The notes under the pieces: generated by a model
The model's input: the letters and a program-made list of their open reading frames with translations, nothing else
Told to the model about the DNA's origin: nothing
The model's database searches: none
Origin: Bugula neritina
Taxonomy: Eukaryota > Animalia > Bryozoa
Length of the DNA: 64,000 nt
Direction: 5' to 3'
NCBI GenBank assembly: GCA_964035545.1
Contig: OZ037766.1
Span: 24,544,126-24,608,125 of the forward strand
Shown: in pieces, positions 36,501 to 49,152 of the stretch
Numbering within the stretch: position 1 is the stretch's first letter
Layout: every line of letters begins with the position of its first letter
Translations under genes and position numbers: made by a program

Positions 36501-39500
36501 CTGAAGGACTATGAAATGGCTTTAGCTGTCATAGAAGAATTCAGAAAGACGCTAAACGTATGACATTGCATTTCTAATTTGGTAAACTTTGATACAGTTA
36601 GTGTTGTGTATATTTTATCGGTAACTGTATATAACGTAGCAACAAAAATTTTACAGCTGCAATACATCGTTTAAATCAATATATTATGCAAATTATTATG
36701 TTTCTATGGAATGATTCAAATTTTAAAATATGCTAAAGCAGTTTTTATATAGTTATTTATTGTTTACTTACTTTTGAATTTTACTTACTGTTTCATTGTA
36801 CTTACTTTTATAATCTACTTACTGTTCTGTTCTTCTTGATGTTTATGGTTGATATATTGATTACAATAATGAGTATGTTTTACACAGCCCAAGCCGTATG
36901 ATTATGAGTACAGTGAACTCATTCTATACCAAAGTTCTATATTAGAAGAGGCATGCCGTTACCAAGACGCCATCAATCACCTGCAGAAGTACGAGAAAGA
37001 TATTGTAGACAAGCTGTTTCTAGAGGAGTCTCGTGCCAGGCTGTACCAACTCCTGGGCGACACCTCCAGCTCTGCTGCTGTATATAAAAGTATGCGTTCT
37101 CTCACTTTAGTCATCTCACTTTAGTCACATAAATCTGTCTTTAATGAGTAACACAGATCACCTCCTTCCCTCTTATATGTCTGCCAATGTGAAATCGGCC
37201 ACTGCTTTTATTTGCTGGTAACTAGAATTGTTAATTTGTTAAAAGGTTGTGTAAAATATTGTTTGATTGCCTTTTGCTAAGTTTCTCTTTATCCTAGTTT
37301 ATGACGTGTTCAGGTAGTCACCCAAACTCTTACCACTCAATTTGGAAAGGGCTTGTCAGTGTTTAGATAGCTTCTGGGCATCTGCTTTATTTATTATATT
37401 TGCTATATTATATTATATTTCATATTTTGTTTTAGACTTAATAGAGCGAAATCCTGAAAACTCATCATATTATAGAGGGCTAGAGAGCTGCTGTAATTTA
37501 GAGACAATCGAAGTTCGGCAAAAGATATATAGTGATGTTTTGGAACAGCAGCCTCGTGCATCTTTACCTAAAAAATTACCACTTACTTTTCTTACCGGTT
37601 AGTGCTTTTCCTTACCGGTTAGTGCTTTTACTTACTGGTTAGTGCGCTTTTCTTTAGTGGTTAGTGCTTTTCCTTACTCAAGGAGGCTTGTTTCTTCAGT
37701 TGCATTCCTATTTCCTTATCTCTTCTACCCCAGCATTTCTCTCCCCGTTAGCACTGTCTTGTTATTAATTTTTTTCTCTCTGCCTCTTCTTTCCTGAAAT
37801 TACTCCTATTTCACCCACTCTATGTCACAGAATACTATATTTGAGCATTTTCAGTGCTCCTTCTCTCACAATTTTTCTACCTTGGACACCTATTTGGTGC
37901 CTACCTAATAATTTTAGGTTTTTGTGTTTCAAAATCTTATCTTGAACTCATTTGTCTACCGTTATAGATCCTGAGTTTTGGCTTCTTTCAGATTGCATAT
38001 TTTTCCTTTGCAATTTCCACTTACATGAGGAATGTTTTGTGATGTTTCCATATATTACTGTATTCACAAAGTTTCTTACTATTTGATTATATACTTCTTT
38101 TGATATTCAAGTTCCAAACCCCTTTCTCTAAGGCACGATATGCTTTCAGGTGACATGTTCCGCGACCACGTAGACGAGTATCTAAGGCGGAGTCTGAGAA
38201 AAGGTGTGCCGTCTCTCTTCACGTCTCTCAAACCACTCTACACAGACAGCAGTAAAGTCAGCATGATTCAGCAGCTTACCACCACCTACTATAGAACTCT
38301 AATAGATAAACAGCTCTTTCATCCTGAAGGTAATAACAGCATATTTTATGAATATGTAAAAGTAAATCATGGCTGCTGTAGCTTCTGTTTCTATTTGTAA
38401 ATGTTTTGAAAAATAAAGTATTGAAAAAGGGAGTTTGTTGATGTGGAAGTGAACTATGCTGAATGAGATATTGCATCATCATTGTTATTAATCATTGGCA
38501 AGGTAAGTGCCTGACTGTGTTTGAGCCAACTTGAAATATTTGAGTTAAATCTTCCTCCAACTTGTATTGATCTTGATATCTGATCAACGCATGTTTCACT
38601 CCTATAAGCCAGATAAACAAGACTCTACTCTATTGAAGTCACTGTGTTTTACACAACATGCTTTACTGAGCTCCGATAACTCTCGCATTCTCTCATTACC
38701 AAGTATTATCAGCAGGTTTAAAACATTGACATTTTACTTTATGCTATATGTCATGGGGTCTCTACTGCTCTATCGTCTTTATATCTCTCAAGCAGCCCAC
38801 AACATTATTTCCATTGATGAATTGGCACTCGGTGGCATTCAACTTTGAATGCTGTGATGTAATGAAGATGTTTTCAAGTGCTGGCATAAATGACATTGCG
38901 TGGTGTTTGGGGTTTGCCTCCACGTGTAAAACATGGAGTTGTTTTATCTCTTCACGGTATTGTGCGTGAGTAGGGGCAGTTTTGTCTACATCCTAGCCCT
39001 ACTCTCTCTTTTAGCTGTAGCTCGGATTCTTCATTTTTAGACACTATAGAGAGCAATGACGGGGAGCTGGAGCCACCAACCACATTGCTGTGGACCCAGG
39101 CCTACCTTGCTCAGCACTATGATTATCTGGGGGACTTCAAGCAGGCATTTCACCATATCAATGAGGCTCTGGATGCAACGCCCACTCTCCCAGAACTCCA
39201 GATGATCAAGGGCAAGATTTTCAAGGTAACTCTTTACGGAGCAGCTTATTGATAGTGCACATGCTGTGATGCTCTATAAAGTTGCCATAAATAGAGAAAA
39301 ACAAAATATTCATTTTTTTTATCAGTTCTCACCTTTCCTTTGAGTCCAAAACTTTAGTTGGAAATTTCCCCAAACCACTCTTATGGTGTAAGCTGAAGAA
39401 AAACATTTTTTTAATTTTTTCTACAAGTTTATATTTGTAATATTTGATTGAAGTAGCAATGTAGTTTACTAGTTCATGCTAAGCACGTAGGTAACTGGTT

Positions 39501-42500
39501 TGTATGGCGTTGTGTAGCACGCAGGTAACATGCACCTGGCTGCCCAGCACCTAGACGAGGCCCAGGCTATGGACACAGCCGACAGGTACATTAACTGCGT
39601 CTGCGCCAAGTATATGCTGAGAAACAACCAGGTGAAGGAGGCTGAAGCAATGTGCCAGAACTTCACCCGCGAAGGGGCCTCCGCAGCTGACAATCTTAAC
39701 GAAATGCAGTGCATGTGGTTTCAGACAGAATGTGCGGCAGCGTACAGTCGTAGGCAGCAATGGGGTGACGCCCTCAGACACTGTCATCAAGTTGATAAGG
39801 CGAGTGTGAATTTTTTGTACTCTGCTCTTGGTCTGTAGATGAACTTTCCTAATATACTTTTCTGGTCGTTTCCTTTTATATATAATGGTATATCCTTTTA
39901 TTTATATATATATATATATATATCAATTTCTTGTCAACATGTTCTCTTTTGTCATCGAAGGCTTTGCGTACCTTTGTTCTGTTACATGTATGTTGATACT
40001 AGGCTTACTCTTCTCTCTGCAGCACTTCACTGAAATCACTGAGGATCAGTTTGACTTTCACACGTATTGCCTGAGAAAGTTTACTCTGCGCTCCTATGTG
40101 TCTCTTCTCAGACTAGAGGATGTCCTTCGCAACCATAGGTTTTACTTTAAGGCAGCTTCCATAGCTATAAAGATTTACCTCCACCTGCATAGTCACCCGG
40201 TGGGCGATGAGACTAGTCACAGTGAATCAAATCCTAGTGAGTACTTCCAGTTACGGCACTGTGGTGCTTGTAATGTTCACAGAGCTTTGAAAATATGTTC
40301 AACTCTGGCATTTTATGTCACTCAAAAGCTGGAGGTCTACTCAACTTAACCGTCATTATACTGCACATGCTGTAAAATGTATTCTATAAAGCCAATTGAT
40401 GTATAAATTTTTATTCAATGTTTGTAAGGCACTTTTGCTCTGCTAGATATTGGTATGATGCACATATCACCAGGCTGAGTTCTGTAAATCTTAGGCTTCC
40501 TAATGTAAGGTTGATGGGTTACAAAGACATTTAATAAACTGAAACTTGTTGTACAGTAATTGGTATCACTAACTACTGTAAATAGATATTATATTGTCTC
40601 TTGAATTTGCCATTACATTTACAGACTTTAATGTGTTAACTTGTACTCTGGTCTTGTGCTTTATCCACTGGACCAGAGTTTCATAGCATACCCCACTAGT
40701 GTCGTCCTCGCTTGTTATTGTTTAAATCACACATCTTGACAAGTATAAAGTTTTTATGCCCAAGGCACTCCTGCATTTTCTTTATCAGCGTATGCACACC
40801 TGTGTTATCAGCTCAAACTTACCTGTGCTAGGTAACCTATCTGCCAGCGAACTAAAGAAACTCAAGAACAAACAGAGAAAAGCCCAGAAGAAGGCAGCAG
40901 AAGAAAAGGCGGCAGCCGAAGAAGCAGCTAAGCGCCAGACGACTGCTGATAAGAGTAACAAAGCTTCTGGTGCTGATGCTGACAGTGAGGTCAGCAAAAA
41001 GGTGAGTTGGTTGTAGATGTGAGCTTCGGTGTTGGTTTCATCATACTTGATGCACTCTGTATGAAATAATATAGTCTGGAGATTAGTGTATGATCGTCTC
41101 TTTAAGGAACAGTTGGGAAATGGTAAAGTGTTTATCAATTACCCAATTGTTTTTGAGCAGATTTGACTAGTTACATTTAAGTTGTAATAAACTATCTAGA
41201 ATCTAGATATAACTTGGCTAAATACAGTTTCAGTGTTGTGTGTCCATACAGTTTGGTTTTCTAACTAATTTGGCGTCTTCCATTAATTCAAGATATCAGC
41301 TCACCTTTGACCCTAGCATTAGGGAATAAAGGCTAATTATTGCTAACATTTATTGCATGTTTTTTTTCTTAGCAGTGTGAAAACTAACTGCTAGGATCAT
41401 TTAAAACGTAGGCTATATATGCTGCTAAGTCAGAAAAGGAATATAGCTACTTTGCTAGACTTATCAAAAGTCAACTTTACTGCCTATTATAAGATGTTGG
41501 ACTTCAGAAATTGAAATAGCCATTTTCATCATGGTATGAAGACTAGTCATAATATCTGGCAGTAGCATAACTTGCCCTCACTCTGGGGAGTGGTGAAATA
41601 TTGATTCAACAAATATTTCTAATTCATTGATGTCTGTATGATTAACTAATATAACTATCAGCTACTAGTCACTCGCCTGGTCAAATTCAAATCGATTATA
41701 ATATAATGTGTAAAGTTATTGTTACATTTATTTCGTTTGATTCTACACTTCAATTGTCAAGCTTGTGTAATCATATTGCAAGTATAAAACTAAACGCGGA
41801 TTTTATTTAGCTTATTTTAAAGTTCAAACTATTCAATTTGAATATGCAAAATATGTTCAAAATCATTATTTATTTTAGTAATTAGCCACAATAAGAACTA
41901 ATAATGTGATTGTCATAATATTGACTGAGATATCAAAAATAATTGAAATTGAGTTTGCTAAACAAAAATTATTTGCATATGAGTGGTAGTCATTAATAAT
42001 TTTAATTTACCAAGTATGCCAACATTAACTGATAGTTATGGTCACCTTTGGTCACCTTTCACCACCGTGGTCCTGCGCGGTGGCGGGATTAACTGATAGT
42101 TATAGTAATGATAATTATTACCTCTATTTGTGGTGTAAGCTACGGTATGTTTACCTCAACAGTTAATTCTTCACCATACTGAATCTCACTATTGGGTTGC
42201 CCAAGCTCATGAATTAATTGAAGACATGTGTGGACAAAATATACTCGATTTTGTTGGGCATATAACTCCAAAGCTGTGTTTGAGGTTTAGCCAATATGTT
42301 TCTGCAGATCTTAATACTACATAAGTGTAGCTTGTCATCTCTTCTTTAATGTGGTAATAGAGCTCTACAAATGTTCTCACTCTAGAAAGAGTTTCTGTCT
42401 ATAACCGACTCTTTTTGTACGTTATTCAACAAATATGGTGGTGCTTCGTATTAGCTTACAAATTATTGCAGCAATTTATGGAGTATTATCGCGGTTTGCT

Positions 42501-44922
42501 TTGTAAGGATAAGAAAGTGATAGAATGTCTAAAAGGTAATGTTCACTGCTTGTTACAGAGCGACGAACTTCTGCCCAGTAAACTGGAGAGGTGTGCAGAC
42601 CCTCTGGAACAAGCCATCCGCTTTCTCGTTCCCCTCCAGACTCTCTGCTCTCATAAGATTGAGTCTCACATCTTTGCCTATGAAATCTACTCGAGGAGAG
42701 GTTGGTTACTGCCCCTTCTTCAAGTATCTGGTTATATGGAACTTGGTCTTGGGATTGTCATCAAGTAACTTCATGGCTCCACACCAACTAGCTACAGTGC
42801 TGCTAAACTGTAGGCCTTGTCATTTTTGAGCTATATACATTTTTCTACCTTAGACTAAATATAACAAAGGGAAAAAAAATCTTATTTTGAATAAGCAAGT
42901 TTTTGCTTGCTGGATTTCATTGCTGTACCAGTTAGCAGGGCTAGCTAACACTTCACTTTTCAATATATTTTCTGTCTCGTTTGGAGCCGTTGTAAGTTAG
43001 ATGTGTTTGTCAAGTATTTTATCTCTTGTATAACTTCCTTGACCCAATGTCTGCTGCATATTTAGTAAATAATGTAGTTTCCTGATGTGTGTTTATTTAG
43101 TATAATAACAGTCATGTGTTGTCTGGACTAGTTCTGTGTATTTTCAATACAGGCAAGCCACTGCTCATGCTCAAGGCTATTAAGGGTGGATACAACCTCC
43201 ATACTCGTGACCCTAGATTCCATGTCTGTATGGTGAAGTTCCTCATTTACGGTAAGCCCTGTGGTGACATAGTAGTGTACTTATGTAACCATACCATGTT
43301 GTTATTGGGTAGCATAGTTATTTACATCTATCTATATATATGCACCAATTTATTTTCTAAAACAAGACTGATTGAACATACAACCCTCAAACAGTCTGAA
43401 GATGATAGCTATGATATCTTAAAGTATTTTATTGCTGGATAAATGAAGTGTGTCGGGGATTCTTTATTATTTTGTAACCTCCTCGTAGTGAGAGCTGCGA
43501 GTAACCTGCCGGACTCTGTCAAGGAAGTGCTGGATAAAGAGATGTCATCAATTTACAACAACGTCACGCCCCAGTCTCTCAACAACAAATTCCTAGATGA
43601 TAATAAGTCTTCCCTTCCACATAGATTAGCTGGTGAGTTGTCTACTCTCCCTGTTGAGTATTCTAATGTCTGGTTGGGTGACTCCAATATGTCTAAGGTT
43701 TTATATTTTACACGAATTGAGAAGCAGAAATTACTTGTGAATATTTCTGGATCTTCAAGTAACTGATATCTAATGAGCTGCCACACGGTGTCTGTGTTAC
43801 AATGGATTTTTACAATTGCAAGAGAAATATAAAGTTTTTTGTTGGTGTTATTAGTGTAGTTTATTGATATTGCTGCCGATATCTCACACCACATACTCGT
43901 ACTCGTACCCCCTTCCCCTGATTGTCCTAGGGTGCCCATCATACCTTATCAAGTTATGTTCATGTTGTCACCAGTCTAGTTTATACACTTGACTGAGCAC
44001 CACTGAACACAAGTGGTTTGGTTTACTTTGTAGCTGCCCAAGCTATGTATTATATGGACCAATCATGTCAAACTGCTGCTCTGGAACTCGCTTGCTCATT
44101 GGATAATTCACTCTCTGGCATCACTATTGAGGTATGTTCTGTTTTCGCTTCAACTACTCTACTGGTAGAGACAGCAGCAGTAGTAGTAGCAGTAGTAGTA
44201 GTAGGGCGGTGATGGTGGTAGTACTACTCATGCCTCTGCTACTTTAAACATATTCATTTTAATTTTAAGTTAAATTTTATATTTAATTAAGAAATATTTT
44301 TGTAGGATTTCTTGCATATTTATTTCTGACCGTAGATTTTTTCTTCTTCAAACAAGTTAATTGCACATTCGAGTGTTTTATTCAAGAAAACAGCTTCATT
44401 GAAATAAAATATGCAGCCATTTGATTTTTGGTTATCATGAAACTTCATGGCATGCAACAAGTTAGCAATGTATTGTGAAGTGTCAGTCATCACTACCTCT
44501 ACCTGCATTCTTACACACATAGAACTAATTTTCTAGTTATAGTATTAGCTAAAATGTGCTGAAGTGGTTTGAAAGATAAATAGTACCTTCAACATGTTGG
44601 TCAAATTGTTTTGATTATGTATTTTTCATAACATTGTAATTTGGGTCAGCCTATCCTTCACTGGTTGTAGTCAGATTGTTCCACGACTGTAAAGTCATGC
44701 TCTATATTTTAGAATTGTTCTGAAGTTTATGCCTCTTTGACGAAGCAAGATTTTGGTGAATGTTCAGAGAAGATAGACTCTTACAAGAAGTCTTGTCACC
44801 AGCTGTTTCCATTCTCCTCGGTGTTCTCCCCAGAACCCATAGCGGAGAAACCTAGTGAGGAGGTGGTGTGCAACGGGGTGAACTCTGGCCACCATGACCC
44901 TCTCACCCAACATGAACAATAG
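33584..44922 (+). CDS. NAA15: N-alpha-acetyltransferase 15/16, NatA auxiliary subunit, 875 aa
   Basis: Exons 33584-33640, 35509-35593, 35920-36182, 36423-36557, 36888-37089, 37436-37597, 38150-38329, 39041-39225, 39518-39799, 40023-40236, 40832-41001, 42559-42700, 43153-43251, 43489-43632, 44034-44131, 44713-44922 (2628 nt). [87 protein letters not shown]. Confidence 0.96.
33641..35508 (+). repeat. NAA15 first intron with degenerate 6-bp-periodic sequence, interrupted by two insertions
   Basis: Examples: gcaatc acaatc acaatg ggcatg gcaatc taaatc (about 33852); ttactg gtagtg atactg atagtg atagcc (35281). Confidence 0.8.
34693..35061 (-). mobile_element. TRIM (miniature non-autonomous LTR retrotransposon) with tRNA-derived LTRs
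   Basis: Two 106-bp direct repeats (34693-34798, 34956-35061; 7 mismatches), each TG...CA; TSD TATTA at 34688-34692 and 35062-35066; 157-bp non-coding interior with a 2x34-bp repeat; minus-strand Pol III A box TGGTGTAATGG, B box GGTTCGATTCC and T5 terminator inside the LTR. Confidence 0.85.
37586..37677 (+). repeat. About 20-bp tandem repeat x4 containing the NAA15 exon-6 donor
   Basis: Units CTTTTC(C)TTACCGGTTAGTG; the true donor at 37598 lies in unit 1. Confidence 0.85.
42040..42087 (-). mobile_element. 48-bp retroposed 3' fragment (stem-loop plus tandem tail) with 16-bp target-site duplication
   Basis: ATTAACTGATAGTTAT at 42024-42039 and 42088-42103 flanks a GC-rich insert with a CCACCG...CGGTGG stem and (GGTCACCTTT)2. 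Confidence 0.65.
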
Positions 44923-45999
44923 GCTTCTACAACTTCACCTGTAGATTATTGCAACTCTTGGGTTGAAATGCCATTTGCATGCTTTTAGACAGAAAGTTGA
45001 TCTGTTGGTACAATAAGTTATTGGTAACTGGCGATGTTTGTAAATTGTTTTAACTATTTTGCTGTATACACTCTATGTTGAAAAATATTATATGGCTGGT
45101 ATAATGATTGGAATCCCCAAGTACTGTTGCATTTTTTGATTCACTTTTATTGTTAAAATAGAATTTTGTCAACTTCCAAGTGTTCAGTGCTTTTGTATGC
45201 CTGTGTGGCTAATCAACAGGAAATAAACAGCTTACCATTCTTGTAGATAACATAACTCCTTCTATGAAATAGTATGATGCTTTAATTATGGTTCTTGCAG
45301 TTTTACAATTTTAGTGACCAAATAATATTGACAGGATTTCCAGCAACATTAGTTATTAGGCGATGAGAGTTTTGGGTAATAAATGATGGGGCATTTCAAT
45401 CTTCAGTTACTTATAGCTGCTATCATTTATTCCCAAGTCATACAACTTTCAATCAAATATATAACAATTTCCTGATATTACAGAAGACACAACTTAACTT
45501 GTTGAATAAATTATGTCGCTTGCTATTAAAGAAATCTAATATTAACCACTAAAATTTTTCATTTCATCCTATCAAAGCAATTTAAACCATTAAATTCAAT
45601 TAACTCAATAATTTGTTACAATATTGATTGCTTCAAACTATTGCGTGTGTCTTGCACCATATTTATAACTAAGAATTGTAATTTGAAAGACCATTATTTA
45701 ACTGCACAGGTATATGAAAAAGGTACATGCAAGAACCAGTCTTAGAAGGAACAATGTGTTCCTCTTATAGGAGGTGGGGCGCATACTTTAGCTGGTCATT
45801 GTAAAACAGATAACCTGCTATGGGTGGTCGTACTATGTGGAATATAAGCATTTGATGCTGCTTTACACCATTTCAACTGAACTGTTGGTGGAGAGGTTAC
45901 ATATTGAAGTCAAACTGGATATCAGAAATACTGACCAACATGGCCGTAAGTGGCATAGTGTTTGATATTCTTGGTAATGGTCACTACTGCATACACAGC

Positions 46000-46103
46000 T
46001 GTAGTAATGAGATTACCCAGTTATAGTCTTGTGGTGCTTGCTTGCAAGCTGGAGGTCTTAGCTTCATTTAATATATAACAGCAAACAGTGAGATATTTTA
46101 CCA
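46000..46103 (+). mobile_element. Degenerate solo-LTR-like copy of the tRNA-LTR TRIM
   Basis: TGTAGTAATGAGATTACCCAGT vs LTR start TGTAGTGATAAGTTTACCCAGT; CTTGCTTGCAAGCTGGAGGTCT vs CTTGCTTGCAAGCCAGAGGTCT. Right end approximate. Confidence 0.6.
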
Positions 46104-46133
46104 TACAGTGCATACTTTGGTATGTATTTTTAT

Positions 46134-48168
46134 TCATTTCTTAGAATAGGTTACACTTCGAATAATTATGCCTGTGATGCCTGTGGCCATAGCTGTAAAC
46201 CATAGTATTCTGCTAGCCTGTAGTAATGACTTGATCAGCTTCTGCTCGTGGTTCCCTGAGGCTTTAAATTGTATAGCCTGAGCTACTGTGTTTATAAACC
46301 ACCCTCCTGTCATTAGCCAGTAGGACTACAAAAGCATGTAAAATCACAAAACATCATCACTAGCCAACCGTTAGAATGCAAGAGTATGTTATTTAATTGC
46401 CATGAAATAAAGCCTGAGATTGTACACACTCACCAAGGTTGGGGGCCGGAGTGGTATCACATCGCCAATAAGAGGCACTGCTATTATTGGAACAGCAAAC
46501 CATTGCTGTGCTGCATAAATAGTTTTAATCTTCTACATGAAACAATACATGGTATTTAGTATTTATCATATATATTTATAGACTGTCTGCGCCTAAGAAA
46601 TTTATTCTACAACTTCAGACGCAATGCAGATTATGTCATTAATTGGCGATTAACATTTTACTTGACTGTACGTTATTGTAAGAAACTTTGTGTCAATGCA
46701 TATCACCTAAAACATAACGAAATCTATCCTTATACAGGCTAGTAACTTCACTAAAAATAATAAAATGAGAAACGTTTTTTGTGTACTGCTCTATTTAATT
46801 ACATAAAGTAAATGTTTATATACCACTGCATCTATCTTCAGAGTTAATTGAAAGAAATTATAGGATTTTATTGGTGTGAGAAATATAAGTTTACATTATT
46901 GTTCACTTGATAAATTAAATAGTATAAACAAAAAAAAGTTTCTCGCTTATCAATTTTTAATACAAAATCTGTGTTGTTAGGCTTTGGAATAAATTTTTTA
47001 GTATAAAATATTCTTTCAATAGAAATAAAGACAATAATTAAAAGGCTAGCTAAGTTGAAGAGTTAAAAACTGAAATTGTATAAATGGAGATATGCGATAG
47101 TTAGAAAACTTACTCTGTATGTATTGCAAGAAATTTGTTTGCTGGCATGGGCACATCTTCCTATAATAATATCATGTGCGTGTGTAGGTATATGTGTCTG
47201 CATATGTGTATGTGTATGCATGTGTATATATGCAAAAAAATATGCATATGTATATTATGCCCATGTGTATGTGTATGTGTACGTGTACATGTACATGTAC
47301 GTGTACGTGTATGTGTATGTATACATCCCTCATTTAAAAATACAACGGCTCATTTTTGTTATAGGCTAATATATAGACGATTGTAGAGATTTTAATTGAG
47401 CTGTTACACTGAATGCATAGATCTTATTCATTTCAGTTTCCCAATTTTGATGGATCTGCGCAACAACTTTTAGAAAACAGTTTTAACTACTTAGGCCATA
47501 GTTAAACTATAATTATCATAATTCCAAAAATTCCTTAATTTTTTTCTCTTAGTTTATCAGTATAAATCCATCATGTCTCATCTTTTGATGGAGGATTTTG
47601 CAGAAGCTAGGTAATACTATAACCAAATAACCAAATATGTTATGTCTTACCTAATGATTTGACTCCATAACTTCCAGTAAACGCCACCCATGCAAATATT
47701 GCTGTGTTGTATTTTAGTCTATGCGAAGCTTCAGAAAAAAGAGATAAAACGGCGAAACCACAACAGTTTATATTTGGTGGTCGCTTGCTGCCCTCTTGTG
47801 ACAAACCATTCCCCTTGTGGACTATACCATGTGAGTTTGGTAACTTCTTAAAGCCTGATTGACATGAGTGCAACTTAAGTTTTTATTGAATTGGGGTTGA
47901 TATAAAATAACCTTACTATAAATGCTAGATATGGTAAAACTTAGAACTAGTTAATAACTTTAGTATAAATCGTTTATATAACTAAATTAAATAAAGCTGG
48001 TGCAAAAGCCATGTGTATTTGCAAAAAAGAAAGTTGCAATTAAGAAATGAATACTCAAAACACTATAATTTTACAAAATTATTAAGCAGCTTGTTGCTGT
48101 CATTCATTAACCAGTCTACCTGTATAATATGTTTATGTATACTCACCCTGATCACCAACTACTGGCAT
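46134..48168 (-). CDS. Uncharacterised multi-pass membrane protein, about 187 aa (5 coding exons)
   Basis: Exons 48168-48147, 47854-47651, 47160-47114, 46532-46434, 46325-46134; donors GTGAGT, GTAAGA, GTAAGT, GTGAGT; phases 1,1,0,0 give one open frame of 564 nt ending in TGA overlapped by AATAAA. Start codon uncertain. Confidence 0.72.
47175..47325. repeat. Alternating purine-pyrimidine (GTGTAT/ATGTAC)-type simple repeat
   Basis: Direct inspection; within an intron of the hidden gene. Confidence 0.85.
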
Positions 48169-49152
48169 TATTATAATATTATAATAAACCATGCATATTT
48201 ATTTTAGTAATTGCTATATTTTCACATAGCAGCAAAAATTTCTAACTATTTTCCAATTAATTCTATAAATGCTTTAGATTTTTTAAATTTTATTAAATTA
48301 TTTTATGCTATTTTAAGCATTATATTTTCATGACACTTGTAATCTAAAGTGGAATGTCAACATGTGGGTAGATTCTGGTTATTAAACCACTATTATAGCT
48401 AATAACATTAAAAACTTTGCTCTGTAAGCATGCTAGCTCTAGCAGTGCATGATTTAGTGCTCAATCTCATTTTGCTTGCTACTTTTAAACTGAAATTTGT
48501 CATTAAATGTTATATAATTATATTAATTCATTGGTACCGGCGTCTGCTCTCATGATTTAATTGTATGGTAATATGTTTCTGGTATCTCCTTTACATTTTT
48601 CAGATCTCCTTCCAGCTTTGAGTATTTCTCCATCTTTTCTCAGTCAAATTTTCTATTACTTATAGTAAAACATGCACTTGCTGTTATCTATTATTAATGT
48701 CTGCATTAGATCAGAGGTGAAAATGCTTGGTTGGAATTCGAAGCACTTCTTAGTGCACCAACGACTATACATACAACTATACATACAACTATACTAAGAG
48801 CATAATAATTCAACAGTTCGAATCAAAGTGCATTTTATTCTTTGACTTGGAAGAAAAAAGGTGACATTAACAATCCACAAGGATAAAATAATAATCCTGT
48901 CAATAATTGCAATTTACAAAAGAAAAAATACTTGACATGTAACTTAAACATTACATTGTACAGAAGTAAAAGGAACACATTTACACCAGCTAGCAAAAGT
49001 ACACTGCTAATTGTATATATAGTACCAATGTTAGTATTGAGCGGAATATAATATAATAGTACAGACTAGCTCGTCTTGTCACCAAATAGTAATCAGCTTA
49101 TTGGATAAAATTTCCTGATAGTTGATGCTGCAGCTCGAGCATAGCGTGATGT

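Noticed and set aside
47076-47386. Cys/Val/Tyr-rich ORFs (also 20650-20847, 49349-49813)
   Set aside because: Translations of dinucleotide-type simple repeats.
48540-48650. Possible additional upstream coding exon of the hidden gene
   Set aside because: The ATG frame stops after 27 codons and no phase-compatible junction was found; at most a UTR exon.
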